Under the pieces are notes generated by a model. The model worked only from the letters and a program-made list of their open reading frames with translations, was not told the origin of the DNA and ran no database searches. Shown here piece by piece: positions 1 through 9,241 of a stretch of 25,773 nt of DNA. This DNA comes from Promethearchaeota archaeon (GTDB lineage: Archaea > Asgardarchaeota > Lokiarchaeia > Sigyniarchaeales > SOKP01), in contig SDNY01000048.1 of NCBI GenBank assembly GCA_004524535.1, positions 1 through 25,773 on the forward strand. Direction: 5' to 3'. Each line of letters opens with the position of its first letter. The stretch's first letter is position 1. Position numbers and translations under genes: made by a program.

Positions 1-41
1 AATGATATTAATTATTCATTAAAATTAAAATGAGTTAATTT

Positions 42-1343
42 ATGACAAAGAAAGAAAAAATTGTATTAATTGGAGCGGGTTCTTTACAATTTGGATTAGG
101 CTCTGTTGGAGATATTTTAAAAAGAGAGGCATTAGAAGGGTCGACAATTTGCCTTCATGATATTAACGCAGAAGCCTTAGACCTAGCGTATCAAGCGTGT
201 AAAGCCGCGATTGAAACCAGAAAGCTAAATTTTGACATAGAATCGACTACTAATAGACCAGATGCTTTGAAAAATGCTACATTTATCATTAATTCTATAG
301 AAATAACGCCACGATTCGAGCTATGGGATCAAGATTACGAAGTTCCACGCAAATTTGGGAATAAACAGATTTTTGGTGAAAATGGTGGTCCTGGAGGAAT
401 GTTTCACTCTATGAGAATTATACCTCCAATTCTCGAAATTTGCTCTGATGTTCAAAAAATATGTCCTAATGCTTTATTTATTAATTTCTCCAATCCTATG
501 AGTAGAATTTGCCTTGCTATTAAAAGAAAATTTCCCAATCTCAAATTCGTTGGTCTTTGTCACGAAATTTTGTTAGCTTTAATGGTACTTCCGAGAATGC
601 TTGATACACCCTTATCCAATATTGAATTTAAAGCTGGAGGATTAAACCACTTTGGGGTTATTTTAGAAGCTAAATACCTTGATACTGGTAAAGATGCTTA
701 TCCTGATATTCGCAAAAATGCTCGTGAAGCATTTATAAAGATGAAAACTATGTTTGAATATGATCTTACTGAATATATCTTTAATAAATATGGATATTTT
801 CCTTATACATCTGACTCACATTATGGGGAATATATACATTGGGCATGGGAAAAAGCTGATTTGGAAGGGGCAGATCGATTCAAAGAAAATTACAAGAAAT
901 TAACATTAAGTAAGGGTAAAAAAATTATGCGTCTTATCAATAAAGGTAAGGGAGCTAACCTTGTAAGACCAGGGGGTGAAAGTGCCGCCCCAATCATTGA
1001 AGGGATCATAACCGATTCAAACCATAGAGAGCACTCAGTGAACCTCCCTAATGACGATATTATTACAAATCTACCAAAGGATCTCGTAGTAGAGTGCCCA
1101 GCAATCGTAAATAAAGACGGAGTTCATGGGATAAAACTCGGTGAATATCCTAAAGGATTGGCCGCGCTTTTACGCATCGAAGCATCAGTACAAGACCTCG
1201 TGGTTGAAGCAATTATTAAAAAATCTAAAGAAATTGCGTTGCAAGCGCTACTTGCGAGCCCTATTGTTGATAGCGCAACTCAAGCTGAGCAAATCTTAGA
1301 TGAAATGTTAAAAGTCCAAGGGAAATACATCCAATTAGAATAA
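42..1343 (+). CDS. Family 4 glycoside hydrolase (NAD+/Mn2+-dependent alpha-galactosidase/alpha-glucosidase, MelA-like)
   Basis: N-terminal Rossmann motif KIVLIGAGS; GENGGPGG..HSMRIIP; INFSNPM; metal-binding GLCH and GLNH; C-terminal VNLPN..I.NLP...VVECPA typical of GH4. Confidence 0.93.
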   Translation: MTKKEKIVLIGAGSLQFGLGSVGDILKREALEGSTICLHDINAEALDLAYQACKAAIETRKLNFDIESTTNRPDALKNATFIINSIEITPRFELWDQDYEVPRKFGNKQIFGENGGPGGMFHSMRIIPPILEICSDVQKICPNALFINFSNPMSRICLAIKRKFPNLKFVGLCHEILLALMVLPRMLDTPLSNIEFKAGGLNHFGVILEAKYLDTGKDAYPDIRKNAREAFIKMKTMFEYDLTEYIFNKYGYFPYTSDSHYGEYIHWAWEKADLEGADRFKENYKKLTLSKGKKIMRLINKGKGANLVRPGGESAAPIIEGIITDSNHREHSVNLPNDDIITNLPKDLVVECPAIVNKDGVHGIKLGEYPKGLAALLRIEASVQDLVVEAIIKKSKEIALQALLASPIVDSATQAEQILDEMLKVQGKYIQLE

Positions 1344-1405
1344 TACGTGCATTATTTTTTTTCACGATATTTCATAAAATTAGCACAATATTGATATTGA
1401 TAAAT

Positions 1406-2419
1406 ATGTTAGATGCAGACGAGGGATTAGTGTTTCAGATTCAGAAAATGTCCACGGAGGACGGGCCGGGCATTAGAACAACTGTGTTTTTTAAACAATG
1501 TCCTTTAAAATGTTTGTGGTGTCATAATCCTGAATCTATACTTAAAACACCCCAACTTGAATGGTTGGAACACAAATGCATCGGTTGCAAGACCTGCATA
1601 GAAACATGTCAATTAAAAGCCTTGTCGTTCGACAAGAAGGGCATTCATATTGATAGAGAAAAATGTACAAGCTGTGGAGAATGTGCAGAAGCTTGTCCAA
1701 GCACAGCATTGAACATGATCGGAAAATTATGGACGTTAAAAGATCTCTTCTATGACGTAGAAAAAGACAAGGTTTATTATACTAAATCTAATGGAGGAGT
1801 AACCGTTTCTGGTGGCGAACCCACACAGCAACCTGATTTTGTAGCTGAATTCTTAAAAATATGTAAAGAAAATGGAATTTCAACTGCGTTAGATACATGT
1901 GGTTATGCTTCTAAGAGTGTTTATGAAAAAATTTTGCCATATGTGGATCTTGTGCTTTTAGATATAAAACTTATTAATTCTGAGAAACATAAAGAATATA
2001 CTGGGGTTCCTATTGAGACAATACTGGAAAATGCCATTTGGATATCTAATTATATTGAAAAAAATGGTAAAGAAATATGGATTAGGACTCCTATGATCCC
2101 CAAATATACTGCTACCGATGAAAATATAAGGGGAATCGGCGAATTTATTGTAGAAAAACTTAGCAATATCCCTACCCGTTGGGATTTGTTAGCTTTTAAT
2201 AACCTATGTACTTCGAAATATGAGCGATTAGGCATGGATTGGCCCTTAAAGGATGAACCATTGATGAAAAAAGAGGAAATGGAGCATTTTTTAGAAATTG
2301 CTAAAAATACGGGTGTTAAAAATGTGAAATGGTCTGGAATGACAAAAAGACTTGAAAATAGCGATAGTGAGGTTGAAAAAGCGAAAGAACCTAAATTAAA
2401 ATCTTGCTATAATACATAA
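1406..2419 (+). CDS. Glycyl-radical enzyme activating enzyme (radical SAM, with 2x[4Fe-4S] ferredoxin insertion)
   Basis: DGPGIRTTVFFKQCPLKCLWCHNPES (CxxxCxxC); insert CIGCKTCIETC / CTSCGECAEACP; GGVTVSGGEP; DTCGY. ATG at 1406 preferred over TTG at 1391. Confidence 0.93.
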   Translation: MLDADEGLVFQIQKMSTEDGPGIRTTVFFKQCPLKCLWCHNPESILKTPQLEWLEHKCIGCKTCIETCQLKALSFDKKGIHIDREKCTSCGECAEACPSTALNMIGKLWTLKDLFYDVEKDKVYYTKSNGGVTVSGGEPTQQPDFVAEFLKICKENGISTALDTCGYASKSVYEKILPYVDLVLLDIKLINSEKHKEYTGVPIETILENAIWISNYIEKNGKEIWIRTPMIPKYTATDENIRGIGEFIVEKLSNIPTRWDLLAFNNLCTSKYERLGMDWPLKDEPLMKKEEMEHFLEIAKNTGVKNVKWSGMTKRLENSDSEVEKAKEPKLKSCYNT

Positions 2420-2461
2420 TTAAATAAGATAAAGTTTAAGTGATAATATTTGTGAATAAAA

Positions 2462-3340
2462 ATGGTTGAGAAGGAAGAATTACCTGAGTGGACTGCCGAA
2501 CTTTCAGAAGAAGCCATGAAATTTACGCAACCAGAAATCATGGCAAAATTAATAGCTACAGTAGATCCTCGTGGTTGGCCACATATAACGTTGATTTCAA
2601 GCAATCGAGCTATAAGTAAAAACCAAATAGTCTGGGGGCAATTTTCTAAAGGATCAAGCAAAGAGTATGTGCAAAAGAATCCGAAACAAGGTATTTTCTA
2701 CATGACTGCGGAAGCCCCGTTTAAATTCATCCAAATAAAGGCAGATTTTAGCCATACAAAAGAGGAAGGAGAAGATATAGAATATTTTAACAAGTCAGAC
2801 TTTATGCGGTATTTCACGTATATAAACATCTACAGAGTATATTATAACCACATCGTAGCAGCTACTCCAATTAGAAATTTACCGTTTGGTGGTATTTCAG
2901 GTAAAATTGCAAAACAGATTGTAAAATCTGCGAAAACCGAGCTTGAAGAGAAGCGATTAAACGTAATTGGATATAAACTGTTAACGAATAAAATCGGTGT
3001 TAGAGTCATTGCCTATATTGATCCATCAGATGGTTATCCGATTATAATCCCACATCTTCAACTTCAGGCCGTTGATCATAATAGACTCTTTTTTCCACTA
3101 ACTGCGTTAAAAGAGGATTTATTACAAATTCCTGTGGACTCTAAAGTTGCTGTTTTTGCCGCAAATTTCGATATGGCAAGCCAAGTAGTAAAAGGAACAT
3201 TCACTGGTTTTCAAAAGCTTGAAGATTTAGACTTTGGATTGATAGATATTGAGGAAATATACAATAGCTCTCCACCTTTAGTAGGAAAGATTTATCCTGA
3301 AATCGATACAAGAAAAAAAGTAAACAAATTTCATTTGTAA
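2462..3340 (+). CDS. Pyridoxamine 5'-phosphate oxidase-like (split-barrel) protein, probably two tandem barrels
   Basis: KLIATVDPRGWPHITLISS ... SKEYVQKNPK matches the PNPOx-like N-terminal pattern; a second related segment VIAYIDPSDGYPIIIP lies in the C-terminal half. Confidence 0.7.
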   Translation: MVEKEELPEWTAELSEEAMKFTQPEIMAKLIATVDPRGWPHITLISSNRAISKNQIVWGQFSKGSSKEYVQKNPKQGIFYMTAEAPFKFIQIKADFSHTKEEGEDIEYFNKSDFMRYFTYINIYRVYYNHIVAATPIRNLPFGGISGKIAKQIVKSAKTELEEKRLNVIGYKLLTNKIGVRVIAYIDPSDGYPIIIPHLQLQAVDHNRLFFPLTALKEDLLQIPVDSKVAVFAANFDMASQVVKGTFTGFQKLEDLDFGLIDIEEIYNSSPPLVGKIYPEIDTRKKVNKFHL

Positions 3341-3376
3341 AATCATTACAGAATTAATAATAATCTTTTTTCAATG

Positions 3377-3970
3377 CTAATTGTCATTATCAAATAATTT
3401 ATTTTTTAAACTATCAATATATTGATTATCAGTAGCTTTTATAGTATCTTTAAGTGTTTTCAATACGGAATCAGATTTTTCATTATCAATTACCCATTCT
3501 ATTAATTTCACTCCATCTTTAGGAAAGAGATTTAAAATTGTTTTTATTACAGCATTTTTCACTTCAATATTTTGATCCGAAACTAAAATACTTTCGAGAA
3601 TCTTGAAAACTCGCTTATTTTTAAGAGATAATTTGTCTAAAAGGGCTATAGATTCAACTCTGATTTGTACATCATCACTAAGTTCAATTATAGCTATTAA
3701 GAATTCTATAGCATCAGATTTATTTATTATCTTGTTCTTTGCTCCAATATAAATTTCTTCAGGTGTTAATATTTCACTTAGTTGATCAGTTCCTTTTTGA
3801 TAAAGTTGTGTTTTTCTCGAAATTAACCCTTTTCTTTCCTTGCGACTTGTCATAAAGATACATTTGTGATTCTCGGGTAACCTATGTTTCAAGCAATATA
3901 ACATGTCGCACCATTTACATTTAAACAAGAAATAATGAAATTCACCACCACAATATTGACAAATTGGCAT
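3377..3970 (-). CDS. AN1-type zinc finger fused to a HEAT-like helical repeat domain
   Basis: C4-x2-C7-x10-C18-x2-C21-x4-C26-x2-H29-x5-H35-x-C37 fits the AN1 consensus; the C-terminal half has HEAT-like repeats (DDVQIRVESIALL, DQNIEVKNAVIKTI). Confidence 0.85.
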   Translation of the reverse strand: MPICQYCGGEFHYFLFKCKWCDMLYCLKHRLPENHKCIFMTSRKERKGLISRKTQLYQKGTDQLSEILTPEEIYIGAKNKIINKSDAIEFLIAIIELSDDVQIRVESIALLDKLSLKNKRVFKILESILVSDQNIEVKNAVIKTILNLFPKDGVKLIEWVIDNEKSDSVLKTLKDTIKATDNQYIDSLKNKLFDNDN

Positions 3971-4121
3971 TGATTTTTTAATTTTTTAAAATGTCTTTGT
4001 ATAATTCCAATTAATTTTTTATTTTTAAGCTTAAAAAATTGTATGGTTTTAGTTAAAATTTATTAGATTTTAGATAATTTCTTAAGTAGATTTGATTTGA
4101 TAAATTAGAATTTCAATAATA

Positions 4122-4817
4122 ATGTTTAATTACAAAGATTTCGGGCTGGAAAAAGGAAATTTATATGAAATTTTGGCCATAACTTTTTCAAGAGCCAATA
4201 AAGAGGATATTATTGAGCCTAATGCAGCATGTATGGGGATTAAAGTAAACGAGAAGAATATAATTCAAATTACTCCTTTTCATAATACTACCACTTATAG
4301 AAATTTAAAAGAAAATGGTTATTTAGTCATAAATTTTGTCAATGATATATATCTATATGCTCTTGCAGCATTAAAGCCCCCAGAATATTCAAGTGAATTT
4401 CTATTAAATCATTTGATATATTTGAGTCTTAAAAAAAGAGGAAGAAATAAATTCCGAAGTTTTCCTGTATTAAAGAGCTCATGGGGGATTCTTATAGGGG
4501 AAACAACCAAGGAAATTGAAAATATTAAAAAAGATAATTACGGTGAGTCATCAAGTTCTACTTTTGAAATAAAAATATTTTATAGCGAGAAAAATAAAGA
4601 GTCATTTAAACTGTTTAATAGAGCGGAAAATTTAGCACTTGAAGCTATTATATTAGCAACAAAATTAAAAGTTGCGAAGAATTCGAATAATAATGAACTT
4701 TATGAGAAGTTAATAAAACAGATTCAATCCTACATGGAAACAATTAGAAGAATTGGAAAAAATCAGAATGCCTTAAAAGCGATTGAACTAGTAGGCAAAT
4801 ATATCGATAAAAATTAA
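4122..4817 (+). CDS. DUF447 family protein (split-barrel plus helical domain; associated with methanopterin gene clusters)
   Basis: YEILAIT..PNAACMGI, TTTYRNL, VINFVND, and C-terminal FNRAENLALEAIILATK typical of DUF447; adjacent to mptD/mptG. Confidence 0.8.
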   Translation: MFNYKDFGLEKGNLYEILAITFSRANKEDIIEPNAACMGIKVNEKNIIQITPFHNTTTYRNLKENGYLVINFVNDIYLYALAALKPPEYSSEFLLNHLIYLSLKKRGRNKFRSFPVLKSSWGILIGETTKEIENIKKDNYGESSSSTFEIKIFYSEKNKESFKLFNRAENLALEAIILATKLKVAKNSNNNELYEKLIKQIQSYMETIRRIGKNQNALKAIELVGKYIDKN

Positions 4818-4820
4818 AGT

Positions 4821-5207
4821 TTATTTTATTTTTTCAATAAACATTAGGGGAAATTGCATATTTCCAATCCATTCGACTTTTGCCAAGATTTCCACGGATT
4901 CATATTCAATTATTAACTCAGCTCGGATAATTTTTCCTGTAATTTCATCATAATCAAATTGATTTGATTTATCTCCTAAAATTTTTCCCCTATCTAAATT
5001 GATTTTTACAGATTTTACAAAGGGTTGACAAGAAATAGAAGATTCAATTCCTTTCTCTATATTTTTTAGAATATTCTCATCATTTGAGATAGGAATACCA
5101 CATAGAATATGATAAAGTGCACCAATTTTAATGCCCGATTCAAAACAAGCTCGTTCTCTATCAGTTAAATCAGGTGAAAAATAGATTTTTTCGTTATTTT
5201 TTGACAT
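4821..5207 (-). CDS. mptD: Archaeal dihydroneopterin aldolase
   Basis: TDRERACFESGIKIGALYH, IESSISCQPFV, FDYDEITG and C-terminal FPLMFI match the MptD (MJ0408-type) family; starts 6 bp downstream of mptG. Confidence 0.88.
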   Translation of the reverse strand: MSKNNEKIYFSPDLTDRERACFESGIKIGALYHILCGIPISNDENILKNIEKGIESSISCQPFVKSVKINLDRGKILGDKSNQFDYDEITGKIIRAELIIEYESVEILAKVEWIGNMQFPLMFIEKIK

Positions 5208-5213
5208 TCAAAA

Positions 5214-6221
5214 TCAATTATCCAATATTTCTATTTTTGCCCCTGTGTTATTGGGTTTACAAATGAAAAAATGTCCACCTATTTCATTTATGAAATCTTC
5301 AACAGTATTTTTTAATTTTTCTGCCTCTTCATCCGATTCTGTAATACCTATAATACTTGGGCCGAAAGAAGACATACCATAAGCTTTTACGCCATAATCT
5401 TCAAAAAATTTTAATAAATCTCTTACAACTTGGTTCTGTAAACTAATTTCTATTGCTTTAAAACCAATACTTTGAATTCTTTTCAATCCTTCACCAAAGC
5501 AGCTAAGATCATTTTTCAGTATACCTGGTAAGACTTTCATAATAATTTGATGTGAAACCTCATTGACCTCATCCCTTGGAATTGGAGTATGCTTCTTAAA
5601 AATTTTAATTTCTTCTTTTCCATTAGCTCCAGGTCTTACATCAGGAATTACTAATACAAAGCGCCAATTTTCTGGTATGTCATACCTAGATATGGTTAAT
5701 GCCGGATTTGCCAATGTTGAGGCGGAGGAAGGTGAAAAGTTTTCTTTTTCTTTTCCTATTCCATAATCATGCCCCCCGTCTAATATAAATCCACCAGTTT
5801 CAAACCCACGCCATCCAATTCCAGAGGTGCCACCGCGTTCAACCATCGAGGTAATTTCTTCAATTGGAATTTCTATGTTTTTAATTTGTGATATTGCTGT
5901 ACCAATTGCTAAACTTAGTTGAGTTTTTGAGCCTAATCCAACGTGGCTAGGATAATATCTTTTTAAATTGAAATGAAAATTTTTATTGCTTATGTGAAAA
6001 AGTTTGAAAATCCTTGATGCTTTTTGGTTAATTACTTGGACAGATTCTCTATAATATCTATTACATTCAATGGTAAATTTATCTGCATGATTGGAAACTT
6101 CTAAAACTACATTCGGTTTGTCAATCATAAGACCAATTCCGCCATCAACTCTACCAGTGTACCCATTCTCATCAATCAATGATAAATGTATTCTACAAGG
6201 TGTTGTTATTCTAACTTTCAT
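5214..6221 (-). CDS. mptG: Beta-ribofuranosylaminobenzene 5'-phosphate (RFA-P) synthase, GHMP kinase fold
   Basis: TPCRIHLSLID..GRVDGGIG; PSHVGLGSKTQL; RGGTSGIG; GGFILDGGH; GMSSFGP; PNNTGA. Confidence 0.93.
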   Translation of the reverse strand: MKVRITTPCRIHLSLIDENGYTGRVDGGIGLMIDKPNVVLEVSNHADKFTIECNRYYRESVQVINQKASRIFKLFHISNKNFHFNLKRYYPSHVGLGSKTQLSLAIGTAISQIKNIEIPIEEITSMVERGGTSGIGWRGFETGGFILDGGHDYGIGKEKENFSPSSASTLANPALTISRYDIPENWRFVLVIPDVRPGANGKEEIKIFKKHTPIPRDEVNEVSHQIIMKVLPGILKNDLSCFGEGLKRIQSIGFKAIEISLQNQVVRDLLKFFEDYGVKAYGMSSFGPSIIGITESDEEAEKLKNTVEDFINEIGGHFFICKPNNTGAKIEILDN

Positions 6222-6319
6222 TATAGTGCATTTTAAAGGAAATTATCCTATGAAGAAGAAGTTTTAAAATAATTTAAACTTGATAAAATTCTTTTTTTTA
6301 GTGAAAATAGAAGGATTTT

Positions 6320-7534
6320 TTATATATATAGTTCCAATTTAGAAGAAGAGGAGTTCTTAATTCCCATAACTTTATTGATTGCGTTAATAAAATCATCTTT
6401 TAGAATCTCATCAGCATTTCTTCTTATTGCAAACATACCAGCTTCAACACATATCCCTTTTAAATCTGCTCCAGTTGCATTCTCAGTCATTTGAACTAAC
6501 ATTTTTAAATCTATTTGTTCCCCAATATTTAAAGGTTTCATGTGAATTTTAAATATCATTTGTCTTGCTTCGAGATTAGGGAGTGGAAATTCCACAATTC
6601 TATCAAATCGACCAGCTCTTAACAAAGCGGGATCTAAAATATCAATTCTATTTGTAGCACCAATAAATTTGACATCGCCTCTTTCGTCGAATCCATCAAG
6701 TTCACTTAGTAATTGCATTAAGGTTCTTTGTACTTCTCTATCTCCTGATGTACTATCTTCCATTCTGACTGCTGCTATAGCATCCAATTCGTCGAGAAAC
6801 AAAATGGTTGGTGCTTTTTTTCTTGCTAATTGAAAAATTTCTCTTACATAGCGAGCACCCTCACCAATGAACTTCTGAACTAATTCAGAACCGATAACTC
6901 TAATGAATGTTGCATTAGTTTCATGAGCAACTACTTTTGCCATTAAGGTTTTACCTGTTCCAGGAGGGCCATGGAATAATATACCTTTAGGAGGGGTTAT
7001 ACCGATTTTTTTAAATAAATCTGGTTTTAATAAGGGAAGTTCAACAGTCTCTCTAACTTCCAATATTTGCTGATCAAGTCCTCCAATATCATCATAAGTT
7101 ATATCAGGAATATTATCAATTAATTCCATCCCTTTAATAAATGGATCTAAATTTGAAGGTAATATTTCAACGATATTAAAAGTACCTTGATTTAATGCAA
7201 CATCCATTCCAGCTTGTATATTCTCAGGTTTTACGGTTCTACTAAGAGCTACCACAAAATCAGGACCACTTGAACTTTTGACGATTGCTCTGATACCATC
7301 ATCCTTTAATATATCTATAACTGTTGCATGAATTAATGGAGGTTCTCGTAATAGATCAATTTCACTTCTTAAAATATTTAATTCCTGTTTTAATCTAAGT
7401 CTCTCACCTTCTACAATTTGCTTTTCTGTTTCAAGAGCTCGGAGTTTTTTCTCAAGATGTTGAATATATACTGTTAGATAATTTTCATCTTTAATATCCC
7501 TCTCTCTATTGCTATCTTCTGTTGCAGCTGGCAT
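6320..7534 (-). CDS. pan: Proteasome-activating nucleotidase (AAA+ ATPase)
   Basis: N-terminal coiled coil ending REPPL; OB domain (VKSSSGP); DIGGL; Walker A GPPGTGKT; pore loop KFIGEG; Walker B FLDELD; [13 protein letters not shown]; SRH ATNR..LDPALLR.GRFDR; C-terminal HbYX motif LYI. Confidence 0.96.
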   Translation of the reverse strand: MPAATEDSNRERDIKDENYLTVYIQHLEKKLRALETEKQIVEGERLRLKQELNILRSEIDLLREPPLIHATVIDILKDDGIRAIVKSSSGPDFVVALSRTVKPENIQAGMDVALNQGTFNIVEILPSNLDPFIKGMELIDNIPDITYDDIGGLDQQILEVRETVELPLLKPDLFKKIGITPPKGILFHGPPGTGKTLMAKVVAHETNATFIRVIGSELVQKFIGEGARYVREIFQLARKKAPTILFLDELDAIAAVRMEDSTSGDREVQRTLMQLLSELDGFDERGDVKFIGATNRIDILDPALLRAGRFDRIVEFPLPNLEARQMIFKIHMKPLNIGEQIDLKMLVQMTENATGADLKGICVEAGMFAIRRNADEILKDDFINAINKVMGIKNSSSSKLELYI

Positions 7535-7556
7535 AGTTTATTTTTTTATTCTTTTT

Positions 7557-7813
7557 TAAAATCGTTAAGTGTATAATAACACTACTTATATTTATCGTTA
7601 TTCAAATTATTTTCAAAAGAGTAAGATTTATAAATAAGTATTTAGGTTTTAAACATCTAAAAAAATTTATGGATTGTATAGGAGCTAATTGATAATTTAT
7701 TAGATAATTTAATATCTATTTTATAAGCACAACAAATACTTTTAACTTTAAGTTTAGATATGAACAAAGAATTTTTCTTATAATTATTGCTATTTAACTT
7801 AATAAAATCGTTA
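7557..7813. repeat. Exact 11-bp direct repeat TAAAATCGTTA (7557-7567, 7803-7813) plus a third ATCGTTA core (7594-7600) in the divergent pan/AIR-synthase intergenic region
   Basis: Read directly from the sequence. One full copy lies near each divergent start codon. Function unknown. Confidence 0.4.
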
Positions 7814-7839
7814 TTATATTATTGAATAAATAGAATAAT

Positions 7840-7844
7840 AGGAG
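7840..7844 (+). promoter_or_regulatory. Shine-Dalgarno-like site for the TTG start at 7853
   Basis: AGGAG ends 8 nt upstream of the TTG. Confidence 0.55.
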
Positions 7845-7852
7845 TTATATAA

Positions 7853-9241
7853 TTGAGCGATTTAGAAGGATTAACGAGAAGATTAATAAGCAAAGGGTAT
7901 TCTCAGGATGAAATCATTGAAAGATTAGTCCAAGAATATCTCGATTTTAAAGATATAGATAAATCATTAGCTTATTCATTAGCTAAAGCAGTCTATGAGG
8001 AATGCAAAAAAAGTGATATATCCACTATTTCAATTCCTTTCATAAAGGATTTATTAAAAATTTTTATGGCTAATGTAAGTTCAGGAAAGCAAGGAGTAGG
8101 ATGTCGAGGTGCGGGAGATTTTTTCGTACATAAATTAATTTCAGAACTATCAGAAACTAAGAATAAAGCGTTTTTATCTCCTAGTTCTTTGGATGATGCG
8201 GGAGCAGTTCGATTGAATGACATAACTGGATTTAGAGGAGAACCTTTTGACAAAAATAATTTAATGATAGTGTCAAAAATGGAAGGGATTCATTCTCGAT
8301 TGAGTGATTTTCCGTTTATTTGTGGATTTCACGTTACTCGGGCCGCTTTAAGGGATTTATACGTAAAAGGTTCAAAACCAATTTCGATTATGATTGATGT
8401 GCATTTAGGAGACGATGCAGATGTTGGAAAGCTATTCGATTTCATGGCGGGAATTTCAACTATTTCCGATCTAGCGAAAGTTCCAATAACAGCAGGATCA
8501 ACCTTGAGGATTGGGGGAGATATGGTAATTGGGAATCGGTTGGTTGGTGGTGTTGCGGCTGTAGGTCTTGCTAGTAATAATCTATTGGCACGAAGGAATA
8601 TAAAAGTGGGAGATAAAATATTAATGACTGAAGGTGCAGGGGGAGGAACAATTACCACGACAGCAATATATTCTGGCAATCACGAAGTTATAAAAGAGAC
8701 ATTGAACATTAAATTCCTCGAAGCGTGTGAAATAATATTAAAATCAGATTATATAGATGAAATTCATGCCATGTGCGATGTAACAAATGGAGGCCTTAGA
8801 GGAGATTTATACGAGATTAATTATGAGGCGAAATGTGGGGTCGTAATTTATGAAAATGAAGTTCGAAAACTAGTTAATCCAACGGTTTTAAAGTTATTAG
8901 AAAAAGTTGGTGTTGATTATTTAGGAGTATCACTAGATGCATTACTTATTTATTGTTCAGAGAATGTATCAGAAAGAATAATATCAGATTTATCTAAAAA
9001 TAATGTCAAATGTGCTGAGATCGGAAATGTTGATGATTCAAATCAAATTTCTATGATTTTTGAAAATGAAGAAAAAAGAGAGATATTACCGCGATTTCGA
9101 GAATCTGCTTATACAAAAATAAAACAGGAAATTGGTGAACAAACTCCAGAATTAATCAACGAAATGGAAAAAAAAATTGAAAAATCGGCAATTAAAGCAT
9201 TAAATAAGAGAAAAAAAGTTATCGAATTCCTTAAGAGATAA
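7853..9241 (+). CDS. AIR synthase (PurM)-fold ATPase, archaeal HypE-related family, function unknown
   Basis: MSDLEG start; GVGCRGAGDFFVH; LDDAGAV; EGIHSRLSDFPF..GFHVTRAALRD; MTEGAGGG; PurM-fold DxTxGG motif MCDVTNGG; FRESAYT. It lacks the HypE C-terminal PRIC. Confidence 0.8.
   Translation: MSDLEGLTRRLISKGYSQDEIIERLVQEYLDFKDIDKSLAYSLAKAVYEECKKSDISTISIPFIKDLLKIFMANVSSGKQGVGCRGAGDFFVHKLISELSETKNKAFLSPSSLDDAGAVRLNDITGFRGEPFDKNNLMIVSKMEGIHSRLSDFPFICGFHVTRAALRDLYVKGSKPISIMIDVHLGDDADVGKLFDFMAGISTISDLAKVPITAGSTLRIGGDMVIGNRLVGGVAAVGLASNNLLARRNIKVGDKILMTEGAGGGTITTTAIYSGNHEVIKETLNIKFLEACEIILKSDYIDEIHAMCDVTNGGLRGDLYEINYEAKCGVVIYENEVRKLVNPTVLKLLEKVGVDYLGVSLDALLIYCSENVSERIISDLSKNNVKCAEIGNVDDSNQISMIFENEEKREILPRFRESAYTKIKQEIGEQTPELINEMEKKIEKSAIKALNKRKKVIEFLKR

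Noticed and set aside
4122-6221. Reading the methanopterin genes as evidence of methanogenesis
   Set aside because: H4MPT is used by many non-methanogens, and no mcr or mtr genes are in the window.
7853-9241. Calling this gene hypE, selD or thiL
   Set aside because: No C-terminal PR[I/V]C, no SelD Cys/Sec-x-x-Lys, and it is longer than these enzymes; only the fold is shared.
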